DNA of 61,222 bases, counting the filler, from Sluysia triapertura (taxonomy: Eukaryota): the NCBI GenBank assembly GCA_046118255.1. It is 5 parts of 5 records of this genome, joined end to end, with 100 filler letters (N's around TTAATTAATTAA, not from the genome) between each part and the next. Parts side by side here need not be neighbours in the genome. Positions count along the whole stretch, not along the records: positions 1 to 11,848 come from JBJNIA010164037.1; positions 11,949 to 23,487 come from JBJNIA010183535.1; 3 more parts are not named here. One strand, written 5' to 3'. A program made the translations under genes and the position numbers. How positions within the stretch are numbered: the first letter of the stretch is position 1; the number at the start of each line of letters is the position of its first letter. The notes under the pieces were generated by a model. It saw only the letters and a program-made list of their open reading frames with translations, ran no database searches and was not told the DNA's origin. This document shows, one piece after another, positions 1 to 13,162 of the stretch.

Positions 1-3000
1 TAATTTTAAATTCTATTCTTGCTTTTATTGGCAACCAATGTAATTCTTTGAGATAGGGTGTTATATGAGATCTTCTTGCAACTTGGAGAATTAGTCTTGT
101 TGCTTGATTAATTATTAATTGTAATTTTTTCACTTTTCTATTGATGATTTTGATAGTCAATATTGATTAGAATATAGTAAAAATGTTAAATTTTTGGAAA
201 GTTGTCTGTTATCAAATGGAACATTCATGCGAATTGTGTCTTTCTTCTAAATTTATTATGAAACTTGTCGTTATTCGAAATGACGTCATGGCAGATTATT
301 TGTCATTATATCATTTAAAAGAAGGCACTTATTCGCTAATAAAAGATGCTTTAAATAGTAGTAATGCATTATCTTCTATTTTACCGAACAATTATAGTAA
401 TGGACAATTTGTCCAAGGAAATTCCTATATTAAAGGTTTCAGATGATATGAGCAACATAACAAATGAACTGAATTAAAAGTTAATATCGAATGAATATTA
501 TAAAATGAATCTTATAAAATTAATAAATGTAATGATGAAATTTGAATGACATAAAAAATGGGAAATAATATAATAATAATTATATACCAAGGAATGAAAT
601 TTTAAAATGATTAAAATGAATAATGAACTTTTAATGTATGATAAATAGAATTATAAAATGTAAGTAATATAATCATAATATGAGTAAAATTTATACAATA
701 AATTTTAATGCTGTTATAATGAAACTAATGTAAACAATTTTCTAATATACACAATAATTTGTGAATAAAATTTGGGCAATTAATTTGTATAAACAGTTTA
801 ATAATAATTCTCATACAAGAATATAATACCACATAAACATCATATTTCATGATATCCCTTAACTAAAGAACATTATTATTTATCATTCGATTGCCGATAT
901 CGTTTGTATTTCTGTTTAATATTACATTGTTTGTATGATGAGTAACAGTTTTCTTTCCTTTATTTGATGGATTGAGAGGAATAAGGTTTGGAAAGCTTCA
1001 ATTAATAATTTATCTAGCATTTCTATCTTTAAGAGTAGAGACAGATCAAATTCTTACTCTCAGAATAAATTCAAAAAAAGATATTAAATAAGTTAAATAA
1101 GAGCTAGTTAGAAATAGAGAGAGCATTAATCTTATGGAAACTGATTTAAATAAGAAAGTTAGACAAAACATCGTTTATAATAAGACTTTTAAAGTTCAGA
1201 AAAGAATAAACTCAAAATAATGCAAAAGAGTAATTAAAGAGGTACAAAGTTTAGTTTTGCAACAATTACAACAAAGTCTATAGGCTAATACCAAGACGAA
1301 AGTTTTATATCAAAATAGAAAGTTATAATGAATAAATTTTAAGATTAACAAAATTTAAAACCCACTAAAAATAGAGACGTTAGACTAATTAAAACATAAC
1401 AAATAACTATAATAATCCTTAAAAAATAACTATTAAAATATTTACAAAAATCATTAACTTTAAGATATTGTTATTAAAAAAATATATAATAATAACTTTC
1501 GAAAGTGTTTTAAATATTTTTGTCTTGTCGTATCTGGGATCGCTCGTTCACTTGTCGTAGATGGAACGATGGAAGTGCAAAAATTTGATTGCCTAGATTC
1601 CTAACACTTAAAAAACGTTAAAATTCAAGCTCTTCTTAAAATCAAATAATATAAACTGAACTCACTAAAAGTTTATATATCAAATGTAAGTAACAAATAC
1701 AAAGTCTACAAAATAGTTCGAATAATATTCACAATATAAAATGTATCACACGTAGTTATATTTAGGGTGCTTACAAACTTCCTTTAAGATTAAATTTAAA
1801 TTTAGCACTTTAGTTATTTTAAATGTTATTCTGATGAAAATTCAGTCAAAATCAAATATCAATGTATTTTAAATTGTAAAATGTCAATTATTCATATACC
1901 TTGACTTGGATATAATAAATACCTTCAACTCGAACAGTAATAGAAACCAAATCGAAACTTGAAACCAAATCAATACCAGATTAAATATTAAACTTATTTG
2001 TTTATTATTATGTTACTAAATTTTATATGTAGAGTGATTAATTTAAATTTTATATAATAATTAATCTAAATTGGAAATGAAGATTAAGCTAAATTTGAAA
2101 TGAATTTTTATTTTATTTTATTTACAATATAAAACACTAAAAATGTGTTAACTAAATTGTATCAAATAATTAAGATATTTTAGAAAGCAGTAAAAATCAA
2201 TTCACGAAAATAATAATCAAAGTGCAATTATAATTAAATTATTACTTATATTAATATTAAGTTTATTAATATGTCAGTATAAACAAGAAAATAAGGATCA
2301 AATAACAACAAAATAACAATAAGTAAAAGAATATATATGCTTGACACAAAAAATAATAATAATCACAGTAGTTAAAGGCTTAGATCAAACTCAAAGTGCC
2401 AGCAAATGAAATGATGTCGTGAAAGCAAAATCTATCAAAGTATTTTCTATATTGCAATTTATATGCTATAGCAAATTTATATCAGTCTTAATATTACAGC
2501 CACATTTACATCTGTCTTAATTTTCTTCTACAATTTATGATTTTGCACTGTTATTGTGTTCTTTCTTATTCTATGCAGCTTCTTTCTTAGCTAATTAAGT
2601 ATGAGTTTTTATTATTTTTTAAATTTATTTATGAATTGCTTCTTTTTCATTTTCAAATGCCTAATATTCATGAGTTAAAAGAAATTTTAACAAACTTGAA
2701 ATTTTAGAATATTCAAAGTTAAAATAAAGTTATTATGAAAATAATTAAACAAAACGATATTGTTACAGAAATAATGAGCCCATAAAATAGAACAATTAAT
2801 AATGTAAACGAATGAAATAATGGAATTATCAAATAATCTAATAATGAAACTATCATTGTATAATAAAAGAATGGAGAAATAGAACTAATTGTTATTATTG
2901 TACACTAGGAAAATAAATTTCTCTATAGTAAAAACTATTGGCATTATAAAAATAATTCGTTGTTATTATTATACAATAGAAGAATGAGTAATTAACGAAA

Positions 3001-4929
3001 TTATTATTATTATTATTATATAAACAATTTTATATCAGTTACAAAAGTGATTATTTATAACATAAAAATTCCATTTTGCACAAAGCATTAATACTATAAA
3101 TAGACGTAGATAATTGATTTGAAAAGGTATTATTTCGCATTAATTTACAAAGATAATTGATTGGAAAAGTTTTGCAAAGTTATAATTTGGTATTTACAAT
3201 AATATTCGATTTAACGATAAATTCACAAAACTATTAATTTTTTTAGTGGTATCAGATTAATATTTAATTAAATAATTTAATAACTTTAAATTCTTTTTAA
3301 AGTTGTGTAACATAATTACGTGCGGTATTCATTGTTACATTTTCATTTGATAAATTGTCTATAATCGTATTACTAAACTTTTTTGCCATTTGAATATATA
3401 AATTTTCAGTTAACCTAGTTTATTTTATTTTGAACTAAATGAGATAATTTGAATTTTAAACACATTAGATAGGATTGCACTTCCATATTTTCCATCAGAG
3501 TAACTTAATATTTGTTAGATAATGATAAATGTTTGAGTAACCCGATTAAGAGTAAGGAGTTTAAATCGTATTAGGTAGCAAAAAGTAAATTAAGACAACT
3601 TAAAGATACAAAGTAATATAACAAATGTTTTGTGATAAAACTTAATGTGTGCCATTTTAACATTGTTACCAAAATTTAAAAAAAGAACTTAATGTATTTC
3701 ATATTAAAATATCACTGCTGCCATTGATCTCAAGAATAAGTAACTGAAAACGATTGTATATTTTAATCCAATATTCTTAAAATGATGACAATGATGAAGA
3801 TCAAAGACAAAATAATGTGAAAATATTATAAGTATTAACCGCTATTAAGATGTTCTACAAGTATTGCATCATTTTCGAAAAAACTATTTTCTATTCGAAC
3901 TACGTACGATATAAATACCATTTAAATATGTTGGGATTAGTGAAGAATAATGGTAGATGTAAGGGCCAAAACTAAGAATAACAGAATAGGTTCAACATTA
4001 TTAAAGAACTAAGACGAGGGATTATGATGAACTGCAATGGTAAGATAACCATAAGAAATATTTAAATATTTAAATCGAAATAAAATAATGAGATACGAAA
4101 AAATAACTGTAAAAGGCTTTATTTGTTAAACACTAAAGTACAATTGTTAATTAACTTAATTAAAATTTATTTAATTTAATAACTCAATAGAAATGTTTAC
4201 TCATGATATAAAAATATTAAATTTAGTGTATAATGTTGAGTTTTATTATTGGTTTTAATGATGAAGTATTGCGAAGCAAGTCAACATAAGATGACGTGAA
4301 AATTAGTTATTTTAATTAATTTTGTAATTTAAAATTAAAGATTAAATATGTTCTAAGTATTAATAAAGTATATATCAAATTTATGTTTATAAAGATATAA
4401 ATTCAAATATGTTATTCAACTTGATGTGCGACTTACGGTTGACGCATAACGCATTATTGCAAAATACTCCTGTGAGAAATAGATTTATTATTTTATAAAT
4501 TTTATTTCAGATTAAGTTGATAAATTACGTTATTGGTATAATAGCAATATAACTGTAACGTAAGCATTAATGCATTATGTATATTTTATTTTATTTTAGA
4601 TATTTTATTTTGATATTTTATTTTAAATATTATTTAATTATTGATGTATTATAAATATTAAATTATTAGTGTATTAAAAATTATTAAATTTAAAATAATA
4701 TATTTATTAAAAATATTAAATTATTAATGTAATAAAAATTATTAAATTTAACAAATATATTATTTTAATTATTAAATTACTAAAATTACTAAAAATAAGG
4801 TTTAGAAACACTATAAATATAGTTTCAAAGAGCTACACAATATAGTTTTAAAGTCTAAAACTTACTGATTTTAGTAACCTATTTATAGCTCGATAAACGA
4901 AAATTATTTTCAAAAACATTCGAAACAGT

Positions 4930-5250
4930 TATTAATATTTGGACAAACCAATTAAAGAAGATTAATTGCTTGGAAAAATTTATTTTCTAGACTTCGTAAA
5001 ATGGACTGACTGGGGATCGAACCCGGGACCTTCGCTGCGCAGTTCTAATGCTCTACCACTGAACAATCAGCCCAGTCTAACAATTTTATTTTATTATAGT
5101 CAATTTTACCAAATGCACTTTAGGCCTTTTTACCGCAACATATTAATATTTAGAAGAATTAATTAATCAAATATTAATATTTGGGAAAACCGGTAAAAGA
5201 AGATTCATTGTTTGGAAAAAATTTAGTAACATTTAGAAGAATTAATTTAT
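4930..5250 (+). repeat. Two-copy ~80-bp tandem repeat, first unit interrupted by the element at 4985-5140
   Basis: TATTAATATTTGG..AAAGAAGATT..TTGGAAAAA..ATTTAGAAGAATTAATT occurs at about 4930 (split by the insertion) and about 5172 (intact). Confidence 0.75.
4985..5140 (-). mobile_element. tRNA-Ala-bearing mini LTR-like element, copy 1
   Basis: Reverse complement reads TGTTGCGGTAAAAAGGCCTAAAGTGC...AATTGTTAGAC, then a tRNA-like cassette (5073-5002), then TTTTACGAAGTCTAGAA. Flanked by TATT at 4981-4984 and 5141-5144. Homologous to 10004-10158, 42839-42976 and 58818-58960. Confidence 0.85.
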
Positions 5251-7189
5251 ATTATTCGTTATTTTTATGCTTTTTAAGAGTAGTTAATTTATAAATACAT
5301 AAAATAGACGTAAACTAAATTTAAAAAATAAAAGTATATTTAATACCAGAAAAATTCATTTATTAACATTTAATTACAGCATATTAATTATAAATTAATA
5401 TTGTTTAATATTTATAATATACACGGATTTTTTAATTTTTTGACATTAAACATATTATATTAATACTTTGAAACATTTATAAACGAACTTTTAATTTTTG
5501 TTTAGAATTTTTAATTGTATTTTACGCTTTCTAATTTTTATATACTTGTTGTTTTTTTAATAAATAACTTATAATATATTCGAATTTGTATTTTTAATAA
5601 TTGATAGTATTTTAAGTAAAATAAATTTAAATTGTTACGGATTGATTCTTGTTCAAATCATAATAAAAGCTTAAAGAGAAAAGCCAATAAGTATCTAAAT
5701 CTAAGAAACAGATATCATCAAATTTAAATATCCACGTAAGCCTCCAGCGAATCTATGTGCTGGCCCGCCAGTGAGTAATGCCAGTATCATAGAGAACTTA
5801 CGTTAAGGATAAGACATTTAGTCCAAAATCAAAATCCTAATTCACATAAAATTCCACATAACAATGATTTTAAATTTTGATTAGGTGAAATTAAGAAGAT
5901 TAATCCTACTATCATTAAATAATTAAAATTAGTTTGAATTTGAACATAGACGGAAATTACTGCCGAAATTATTGCCGACTAACAGAGAATAGACGCTTTA
6001 ATTTCCGTCTTGTTCAGTTCTTGATTTTAATTTCCTATAGCATCATAAAACTGCTATATAAGAAAGTTACATTTTTGCGTAAAATAAGAAGCAAAATAGA
6101 CAGAGATAAGAATAGAGTTTTATAATAATAAATTTTATAATAATATTTATAAAATTTAAAAATACTTTGAACAAATAAACAATAAAATACACTAAAATAA
6201 TTAATTTACTATATAAAATAATTTGTTACATATTTTAAATTAATTAAAAAATTTTATAATTTATTTATAGTTTTTGCATTAAAATAAAATATTTATTTAT
6301 TTTTACAAGTAAAATACTTTTGCTAGTGCATGTTATTCTTAAAATAATAGTATTTATATTGTATATATTGAATAAGATTTTATTACCAGTTTTCAGCTAG
6401 TATCAACGTACTAATTTGTTTCCTAATTTAGTTAATAAAACCTATATGAATAAAACACAAAGAATCGATCAATTAATTTTATAGTTTAATATCGATTCTA
6501 GACGAAGTCCTTGATGCTATACCAAGACGTGATTGAAATATTTCTCTATTGCGCTAAATTCCATTTTCTGGACCTTTAGTTGCAACATATCTTTGTACGA
6601 AACATTTATTATTATTGTTAATATTTTTCAAATTTATTTACATCTTATAAATAAATGAATTATTTTTTAATACACTCATAGACCTCACGCCTTAATTTGA
6701 AAATTTATCATATTTTGCTTTATTATTATTATTATTATTACTTTTATTAAAAAATTATTATTATTTTAAAATAATAATATATTATTTTAATATACTATTT
6801 AAAATAGTATACCATAATTGTTTATTTATTTAAATTATTATTATTTAGTTATTTTCTATTAAAGGCATGAGTACCCTGACAAAAGCACCATGTTAAATTG
6901 GAAGATCTTGCCTAATATTTCACATAAAATTGTGATAGCCGGGTTATAATTGAATCAGTAATGGATTTAAAATATAAAGTTTTATTATGTAAATTCAAAA
7001 TGGACTTAAGGCCCTTACAAATAACAAATAGTATAATTAAGAAATTATGGTTAAAATAAATTATACAATTAATTCGAAAATCAAAACAATAAAAAGTATT
7101 TCTTTTATTTACAACGCGACCCACATCTGTTGAATTTTGACAAGGATCAAAATGGTTTAGATAAAATTGACAACTTACAATTTTGTGAT

Positions 7190-8640
7190 TTAGGAATACG
7201 CGATATAACTCGATGCATAGTTAAGTGAGCGGTTTTGTAGAACATTCGATTCAGCATGCATAAAATTTGTTCCATCAGTAGCATCTCGTGCACATAACTC
7301 ATAATCTTCATCGGTATCGTCATGATTTCCATGCTCATATTCAAACTTCTTCATATTTGCATCTTTAGATAGGCTATCAGAACATGACTCCAATCTTAAT
7401 CGCATAGACCCTTTAGTATTTAATTTTTTAGTTGTATTTTCGATAATTACGTCATCATTATGACCGTCGAATTCAAATTTATTCATATTTATACTTTTAT
7501 TTTTACACTCTATTAATATTATTGTTATTAACTTTACTATTGTTTGTATTATTAGTATGTCTATGTTTTACATCTGGTGTGTTTAGACAATTACATGCAC
7601 TCTCTCCGCATTTCCGACAATTCAGACAAACTTCGAAATCTATGGTATCATTTTGAATTTTATAAGTAGACGTTTTACATAACCAAGTTCAGTATTGTTT
7701 TCAAATCTACATTCACATTTTATTATAGCTAACTCATTAGGAGTTTCACAAGACCTACATTTAGTGTTTGCAAACTTTTTACATATTGTAGAAACTATAT
7801 TTTCTGCTTTACAGTTATGACACACACCCATAAAGACTCTGCTATTTAATTCATGATCATTAATTTCTTTATCTTTGAAATCATTATAAAAATTATACTT
7901 ATAATCACTATCATAGTTATTATTACCATCATTAACACTAACGCCACCATCACCTTTATCATCTTCAACATTATTATTAATATTATCATTATCATCATGA
8001 GTCTCATGATAATAATTATTATTAATAGACGAAGTAACAGATCTAAAAGAATTTCCGTTCGACTTTAAATTCAGTATTGTAGAAATAGTGATGACGGATT
8101 CAAAGGCATCGAACGATTTGTTTTCATAACAAAACTTTAAAACTTTTAAATAAAGTGAATGATGTATCATCGATTCATATGTTTTCTTCTTGAATTAGAT
8201 TTACTTTATTAAAGTTAACACCATGTTTAAATCTAGAAAATAAATTGTAGTTGTGCCTTCCATCTAGAAACATCTGAAGAGACAACTTCAAATTTAACCA
8301 TTCACTATAACTTGCTGCAGGAACATTACATTCATTTTCAATTTTCATAGAATGCAATTCAGTAATTAGTATTGAGTTCAGCCTATCATCGATTTCTTTC
8401 ATCAAATATATTGCACCAAATCCACGAAATTAACTCGAAAATCTTTCGACAAACTTAGTTCCATTGGATTTTCCTGCTTGAAAATAACTTGTTCAATAAA
8501 CTTGTTCATCATTAGTCTCCTCATAATCATTGTTGTGAACAGACGAAATCACTGATCTAAAAGAATTTCCATTCGATTTTAAATTCAGCACTGTAGAAGT
8601 AGTGATAACGGATGAAAACGCATCAAATGAATAAGAATAT
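7190..8640 (-). pseudogene. Fragmented intronless Cys-rich orphan ORF (zinc-ribbon-like CxxC pairs) with internal duplication
   Basis: Collinear ORFs 8175-8405, 7640-8170 and 7190-7486. Motifs CHNC...CRSC...CEC and, out of frame, CLNCRKC..ACNC. Segment ~7995-8117 is duplicated at ~8508-8630. Confidence 0.55.
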
Positions 8641-9502
8641 GAGTAAATTAACTGTAATCAAAAATCAACAATAGCTCTGTTTATTAACGATATTAAGCAC
8701 GCAATAATATGTCTAAAGAAACCAGAGGTGACGCAACAACACTTCAAAAAATATCAATATCTACAAATTTGAAGATAATAATAATAATTATATATTTTCG
8801 AACAGTTCTGTTCTATCTTAATAGCAAAAATTTACAAAATAATCCAAGAGGCAGTCTCCCAAAAATAAAATTATTCAATTACATGCAAAAAAGTTAAACT
8901 TCAAATTAAGATAAAAATTAAATATATGACTCAAAATACTTCAAAATATTCGGTCAGGGAGCCTAGCAAGAATTCAGATTTATTTGGCGAAAACTAAAGA
9001 ATTAAAAAATTAATTAAATATTTCCCCCTAAAAGTTATTTATTTATCTTTTATTAATAAAATAATAAAAATAATAAGAAATATTACCATAGTGGTGGTTC
9101 AGCCTGCCACTGCGATCATATTGTATCACAAAATAATATATTAATACGTTTCAACATCCTGTAACATCACGTCAAATCTCATATTTCCACCATCACATTT
9201 CAGTTAACATCATAACCAATAAAGTCATGATCATCTAATATAAATTAAAATTTAAGTTAATAACGCATCAAGCTTCACAATAAAGATAATCCCCAATATC
9301 ATCCAATCATCATTATTGCCCCGCATCTTTTCCTATATTTTATTATGTGTATTATATTGTTGTATATTGTATTTATGCAATATTTTTATGCTTTATAAAT
9401 AAAAAGTACACAAAAGAAAAGAAAAGGAAAGAAAAGAAACAAATTGTTTCGATATTGTTAAATAATTGGCATATTTTCGAATAGAGTTGAATTTAAAAAA
9501 TT

Positions 9503-10560
9503 ATGTATTCAAGTACCTGTGAATATAAGTTATCTAAAATTAATGATGAACTAGAAAAACAATTAGAAAGAGAAATCGAAAAATTTAGGAAGCCAGATGG
9601 ATGTTTAAAACTAGTATCGGTTTTAATTGATGACTCTACAACATTAATTAATAATTACAGATCATTCATCGAATCACTTCAAGATTTAAAAGTACATAAT
9701 TACGAATTTTTAGATTTATCATCGCATTCCAGGTCATCTTATTCGATTTTCTCGTTACGCAATAATCAAACTTTAAAGTATGAAAGAGTACCATGGCAAA
9801 ATGAATCAAAATGTGAAATTCAGCCTCAAATAGTTAAGGTAATGACTGGTGAAATGCTGGTTAATTTTTTGTCACCCGAATGAGAGAATGCATCGAACGT
9901 TTCCTCGAAATTATAAAACTTGACGATATATTTGGAATTGTTAGATCAAACAATAAAAAATTAACATTAGTTGTTATTAATTTGGAATATGAAATTAAAC
10001 AGGTATTGGGGTAAAGAGACCTTAAGTGCCATTTGGTAAAATTGACTAAAATAAAATAAAATTGTTAGACGGGGCTGAAAGTTCAGTGGTAGACATCGAA
10101 CTGCGCAGCGAAAGGTCCGAGTTCGATCTCCAGTCAGTCCATTTTATGAAGTCAAACAGAGGTAAAAAAACTAATTCAAAGATAATGCTTGAAGAAATAG
10201 AATGATATTTATTAAAGTTAAATTTAGTCGATAATATTTTTATTTGGCATGTTAAAGATATTAAAGTTGCTCACATATGTTGATATCTTACCAAATTAAT
10301 AGCCGAAGAAGAATTCAAACTTGAACGTGTTTTATTTGATTTCTGCACTATAGTCACTTACAGTCAGTTGCCGCATTATTCCAGTTACTGATTCTGGATG
10401 TATTGATCATTTATGGCGTTCTCCAACATCATTCGCAGCATTTGAAGCATTAATTAATATTAATAGAGATTTTGGTGTTTTGTCTATTACATACGGAAAT
10501 ACAAATATAGATATGCTTAATAAAAAGCTTACGCGAATATTTACGCCGAAAACTTTAAAA
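9503..10560 (+). pseudogene. EME1: EME1 (MUS81 partner, inactive ERCC4 domain) pseudogene
   Basis: Collinear blocks KFRKPDGCLKLVSVLID, NKKLTLVVINLE, YLTKLIAEEEFKLERVLFDFC and IPVTDSGCIDHLWR resemble the EME1 motifs RPEECLKHIIVVLD, KALSLVIVDQE, FTKAVAEAPFKKLR..FSFC and VKVD.AG.GLALVWR as I recall them. Contains in-frame stops, frameshifts and an insertion at 10004-10158. Confidence 0.8.
10004..10158 (+). mobile_element. tRNA-Ala-bearing mini LTR-like element, copy 2 (inserted in the EME1 pseudogene)
   Basis: TATTGGGGTAAAGAGACC...TTGTTAGAC GGGGCTGA..AGTGGTAGA..GTTCGATC..TCAGTCCA TTTTATGAAGTCAAACA. Flanks CAGG/GAGG match at 3 of 4 bases. Confidence 0.85.
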
Positions 10561-11429
10561 AATATTGAAAGCGTGCCTAAAAATTATTCTATGATAGTTA
10601 CGTTAAACACATTATCTTCACAACGTCAATGTACAGTTTGCAAACCCGCAAGTGATGAATTTACAATTTTTCGCGATACACGAATTTAGGAAATTCAAAA
10701 TTATCTTTTACTATGGTGAATTCCGATGATGGTTTTGATTCCTGTTTTTATTCATTTTCTGGACAGCAGAAATGCAAAAGGAAGTGACTATATGCACGTG
10801 TCTTGTAAAGGATTTAGCGCTGAGGTAATGCCAAAGTGAATACGAGTTTCCAGATCTTCTAATTATACAGCTGTAACTACACTTTATTTCAAGCGAAACA
10901 GTCTAGATTTTCTTGAAAATGATGATGTTAGTATAGTTATCGCAATAACTAGAATTTTGTTTTTGTTTTTTCAAACAGCGTTGTTTTATGCTCCCTTTTT
11001 TGGGCTTAAGCTAAATAAAGAGTCTTCGTTATTTTTATAAAAATTAAATTTAATATGGATGATGTTTTGAATTTTAACAATAGTATATAAAATATATGAG
11101 GTTAAAATTAAAATCCTAACACATGGAATTTCTTTTTTCATGAATACTATACATTACGATCAATTGTGTATACATTTTTTAAGTATTCGCTTTTATATCT
11201 CTGTATCGTCCGATCACTCTCAAACTCACAATCAAGAATTACTCTTACACAAAAACCTCTTTGGAAGATTAAACCGACAAAACGACTGACATTTATATGG
11301 TACGACCTGTCAAGCAAAACATAACAATTCGATTAACAATCAACTCTTATTTTTCTTCTACTCTAATCGATCTATTTTTACATGAATCATTTCTTACATT
11401 AAAATAACAATTATTATTATTATTGACAT

Positions 11430-11785
11430 ACTTAAACTTTAGCTTTTGCAGTTTCATTAATTTTCAATTCATCAGACTCAATTTTCTAATGGAAAATGTT
11501 TAAGGTTCTCATTCATAAACGAATCATTTCACAATCATTTCAACCTCATTTTCGGATTCTCCAATTTAATAGCAATAACTCCACATCCAATTAATCATCT
11601 CTTCATCATTCTAAATATGAAAATTTCAACATTTTTTAATTAAAAATTACATTAATTAATTCATATCAATCATCTCATGTTCAATTCATTATATTTGCAT
11701 CATTCGAAGTATGATGCTCATGTTCAACATTCCATAATTAAGAATTAATTAAAATTTGATTTTGCTCAATATTAAGGCTTTTCAC
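11430..11785 (+). repeat. Unclassified dispersed repeat (paralog at ~24508-24760)
   Basis: Collinear shared blocks AACTTTAG, TAATGGA.AATGTTTAA, TCATTCTAAATATGAAAA and CTCAATATTAA.GCTTT on two contigs. Confidence 0.7.
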
Positions 11786-11848
11786 ATTTAGCATAGTGTC
11801 AGAATACGATACACCAATATGGTATTTTTCTGCAAATAATAATAATAA

Positions 11849-11948
11849 NNNNNNNNNNNNNNNNNNNNNNNNNNNNNNNNNNNNNNNNNNNNTTAATTAA
11901 TTAANNNNNNNNNNNNNNNNNNNNNNNNNNNNNNNNNNNNNNNNNNNN
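11849..11948. other. Artificial contig linker
   Basis: N44-TTAATTAATTAA-N44, which gives stops in all six frames; identical at four places. Confidence 0.97.
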
Positions 11949-12167
11949 CACTTTTTAACAATACAATTAATATTTTCTTCCATGTTCATTTTTGAATCCA
12001 TATAACAACCTATATTTCGTACTTTATGCTTCGCATCTAGTGTCTTGTCACCCACAATAAGCTTTCCTTCATTTATTTTGTTTTTGTCGCTATTTTTATT
12101 TCTGAAGATTATAAATTCTGACTTTAATCCTTAATTTTAATTTAATTTTGTTTATTAAATTAAAATA

Positions 12168-12560
12168 GAAACTCCTTTTTACCTTATGTATTTACGATAA
12201 TCATGATTGCCAGTAGAATTAACTCTAACACCAAATATATCTAAATATAAGAAATAGAGGCAGGAAATGAAGGAAAGACTTAAATTATGAAAAATTATTG
12301 TTAAATTTAATCAATAATCTTATAAAAAATATCACGATAGAAAACTAAAACCCGAAGTATATAATAAAGATTATTTAATTATGTTGTGCACATTACTGTA
12401 TGAAAATGGAAAAAGTCCTAAATTACACGAACCTTATGATTGTTCCCATGTGGTACAATACGTAACCGAACACTATTTAAGAATTCGAAGACACAGAAAG
12501 AATAATGCACCTATTATACAGTGCATAGAAATCATTATTACAGACAACAATAATAATGAT
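12168..12560 (+). mobile_element. Ty3/gypsy integrase C-terminal remnant
   Basis: ETPFYLMYLR..LPVEL (TPF.L.YGR...LP), KKYHDRKLKPEVYNKDYLIML and GKSPKLHEPYDCSHVV (KL.P.Y.GPY.V, the GPY/F motif). Followed by PPT-like TAGGGGATGA at ~12762 and TGTTAG at 12776. Confidence 0.8.
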
Positions 12561-12775
12561 GAAAAAAACTTACAAATATCTCAATCTAAACTATTTCTGA
12601 CTACTTCATTAATAATAACAATATGTTTCTGCTTAAGAAGTATCACATTAATCTAGCCAATATTAAGATTCAATTATGGAACATATGGATTTTTCGTCCA
12701 GGTACATTTAATATTATATTGGAACCAACAAAACATTTTTTTGAAAATATCGCAATTTTCTTAGGGGATGATACT

Positions 12776-13104
12776 TGTTAGAATTGTCCAGTTAGTGTAT
12801 ACAAAATAGGTTAAAAAGTAAGAGAATTTAAAATATGCATAAGAAAAAGTGATATAAAGGAGCTGATATATGATAATTTAAATATATTAAATATTAAACA
12901 TATTAAGAATAATGTTTATAATCATTTTGAAACCGAAGAACGCTTTGTTTGTTTATTATTAATTTATAATGTCCAGTGTTTCTACCCTTATATTTGTATT
13001 ACCTTTATTAGAGATTATCTATAATCTTTCAATTTCAAAAGTATTTACAAAAATCCGTAAATTTATCAGATAATAGCGCATAAATTGTTTTATTATCTAA
13101 AACA
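12776..13104 (+). mobile_element. Putative LTR
   Basis: Starts TGTTAG after a purine tract and plausibly ends ...TCTAAAACA. The first ~120 bp are homologous to 15418-15510. Confidence 0.5.
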
Positions 13105-13162
13105 ATTTTATTTTTTATATTTTACAAGTAATTTTTGTTAAATCGATAGCTTTCCTATGTAC

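Noticed and set aside
183-446. 87-aa ORF at the window start
   Set aside because: No recognisable motif, and no splice or homology support.
11849-11948. Palindromic TTAATTAATTAA inside N runs, four times
   Set aside because: Identical 100-bp artificial linker for contig concatenation. The ends of ORFs 36476-36688 and 47626-48420 are artefacts of it.
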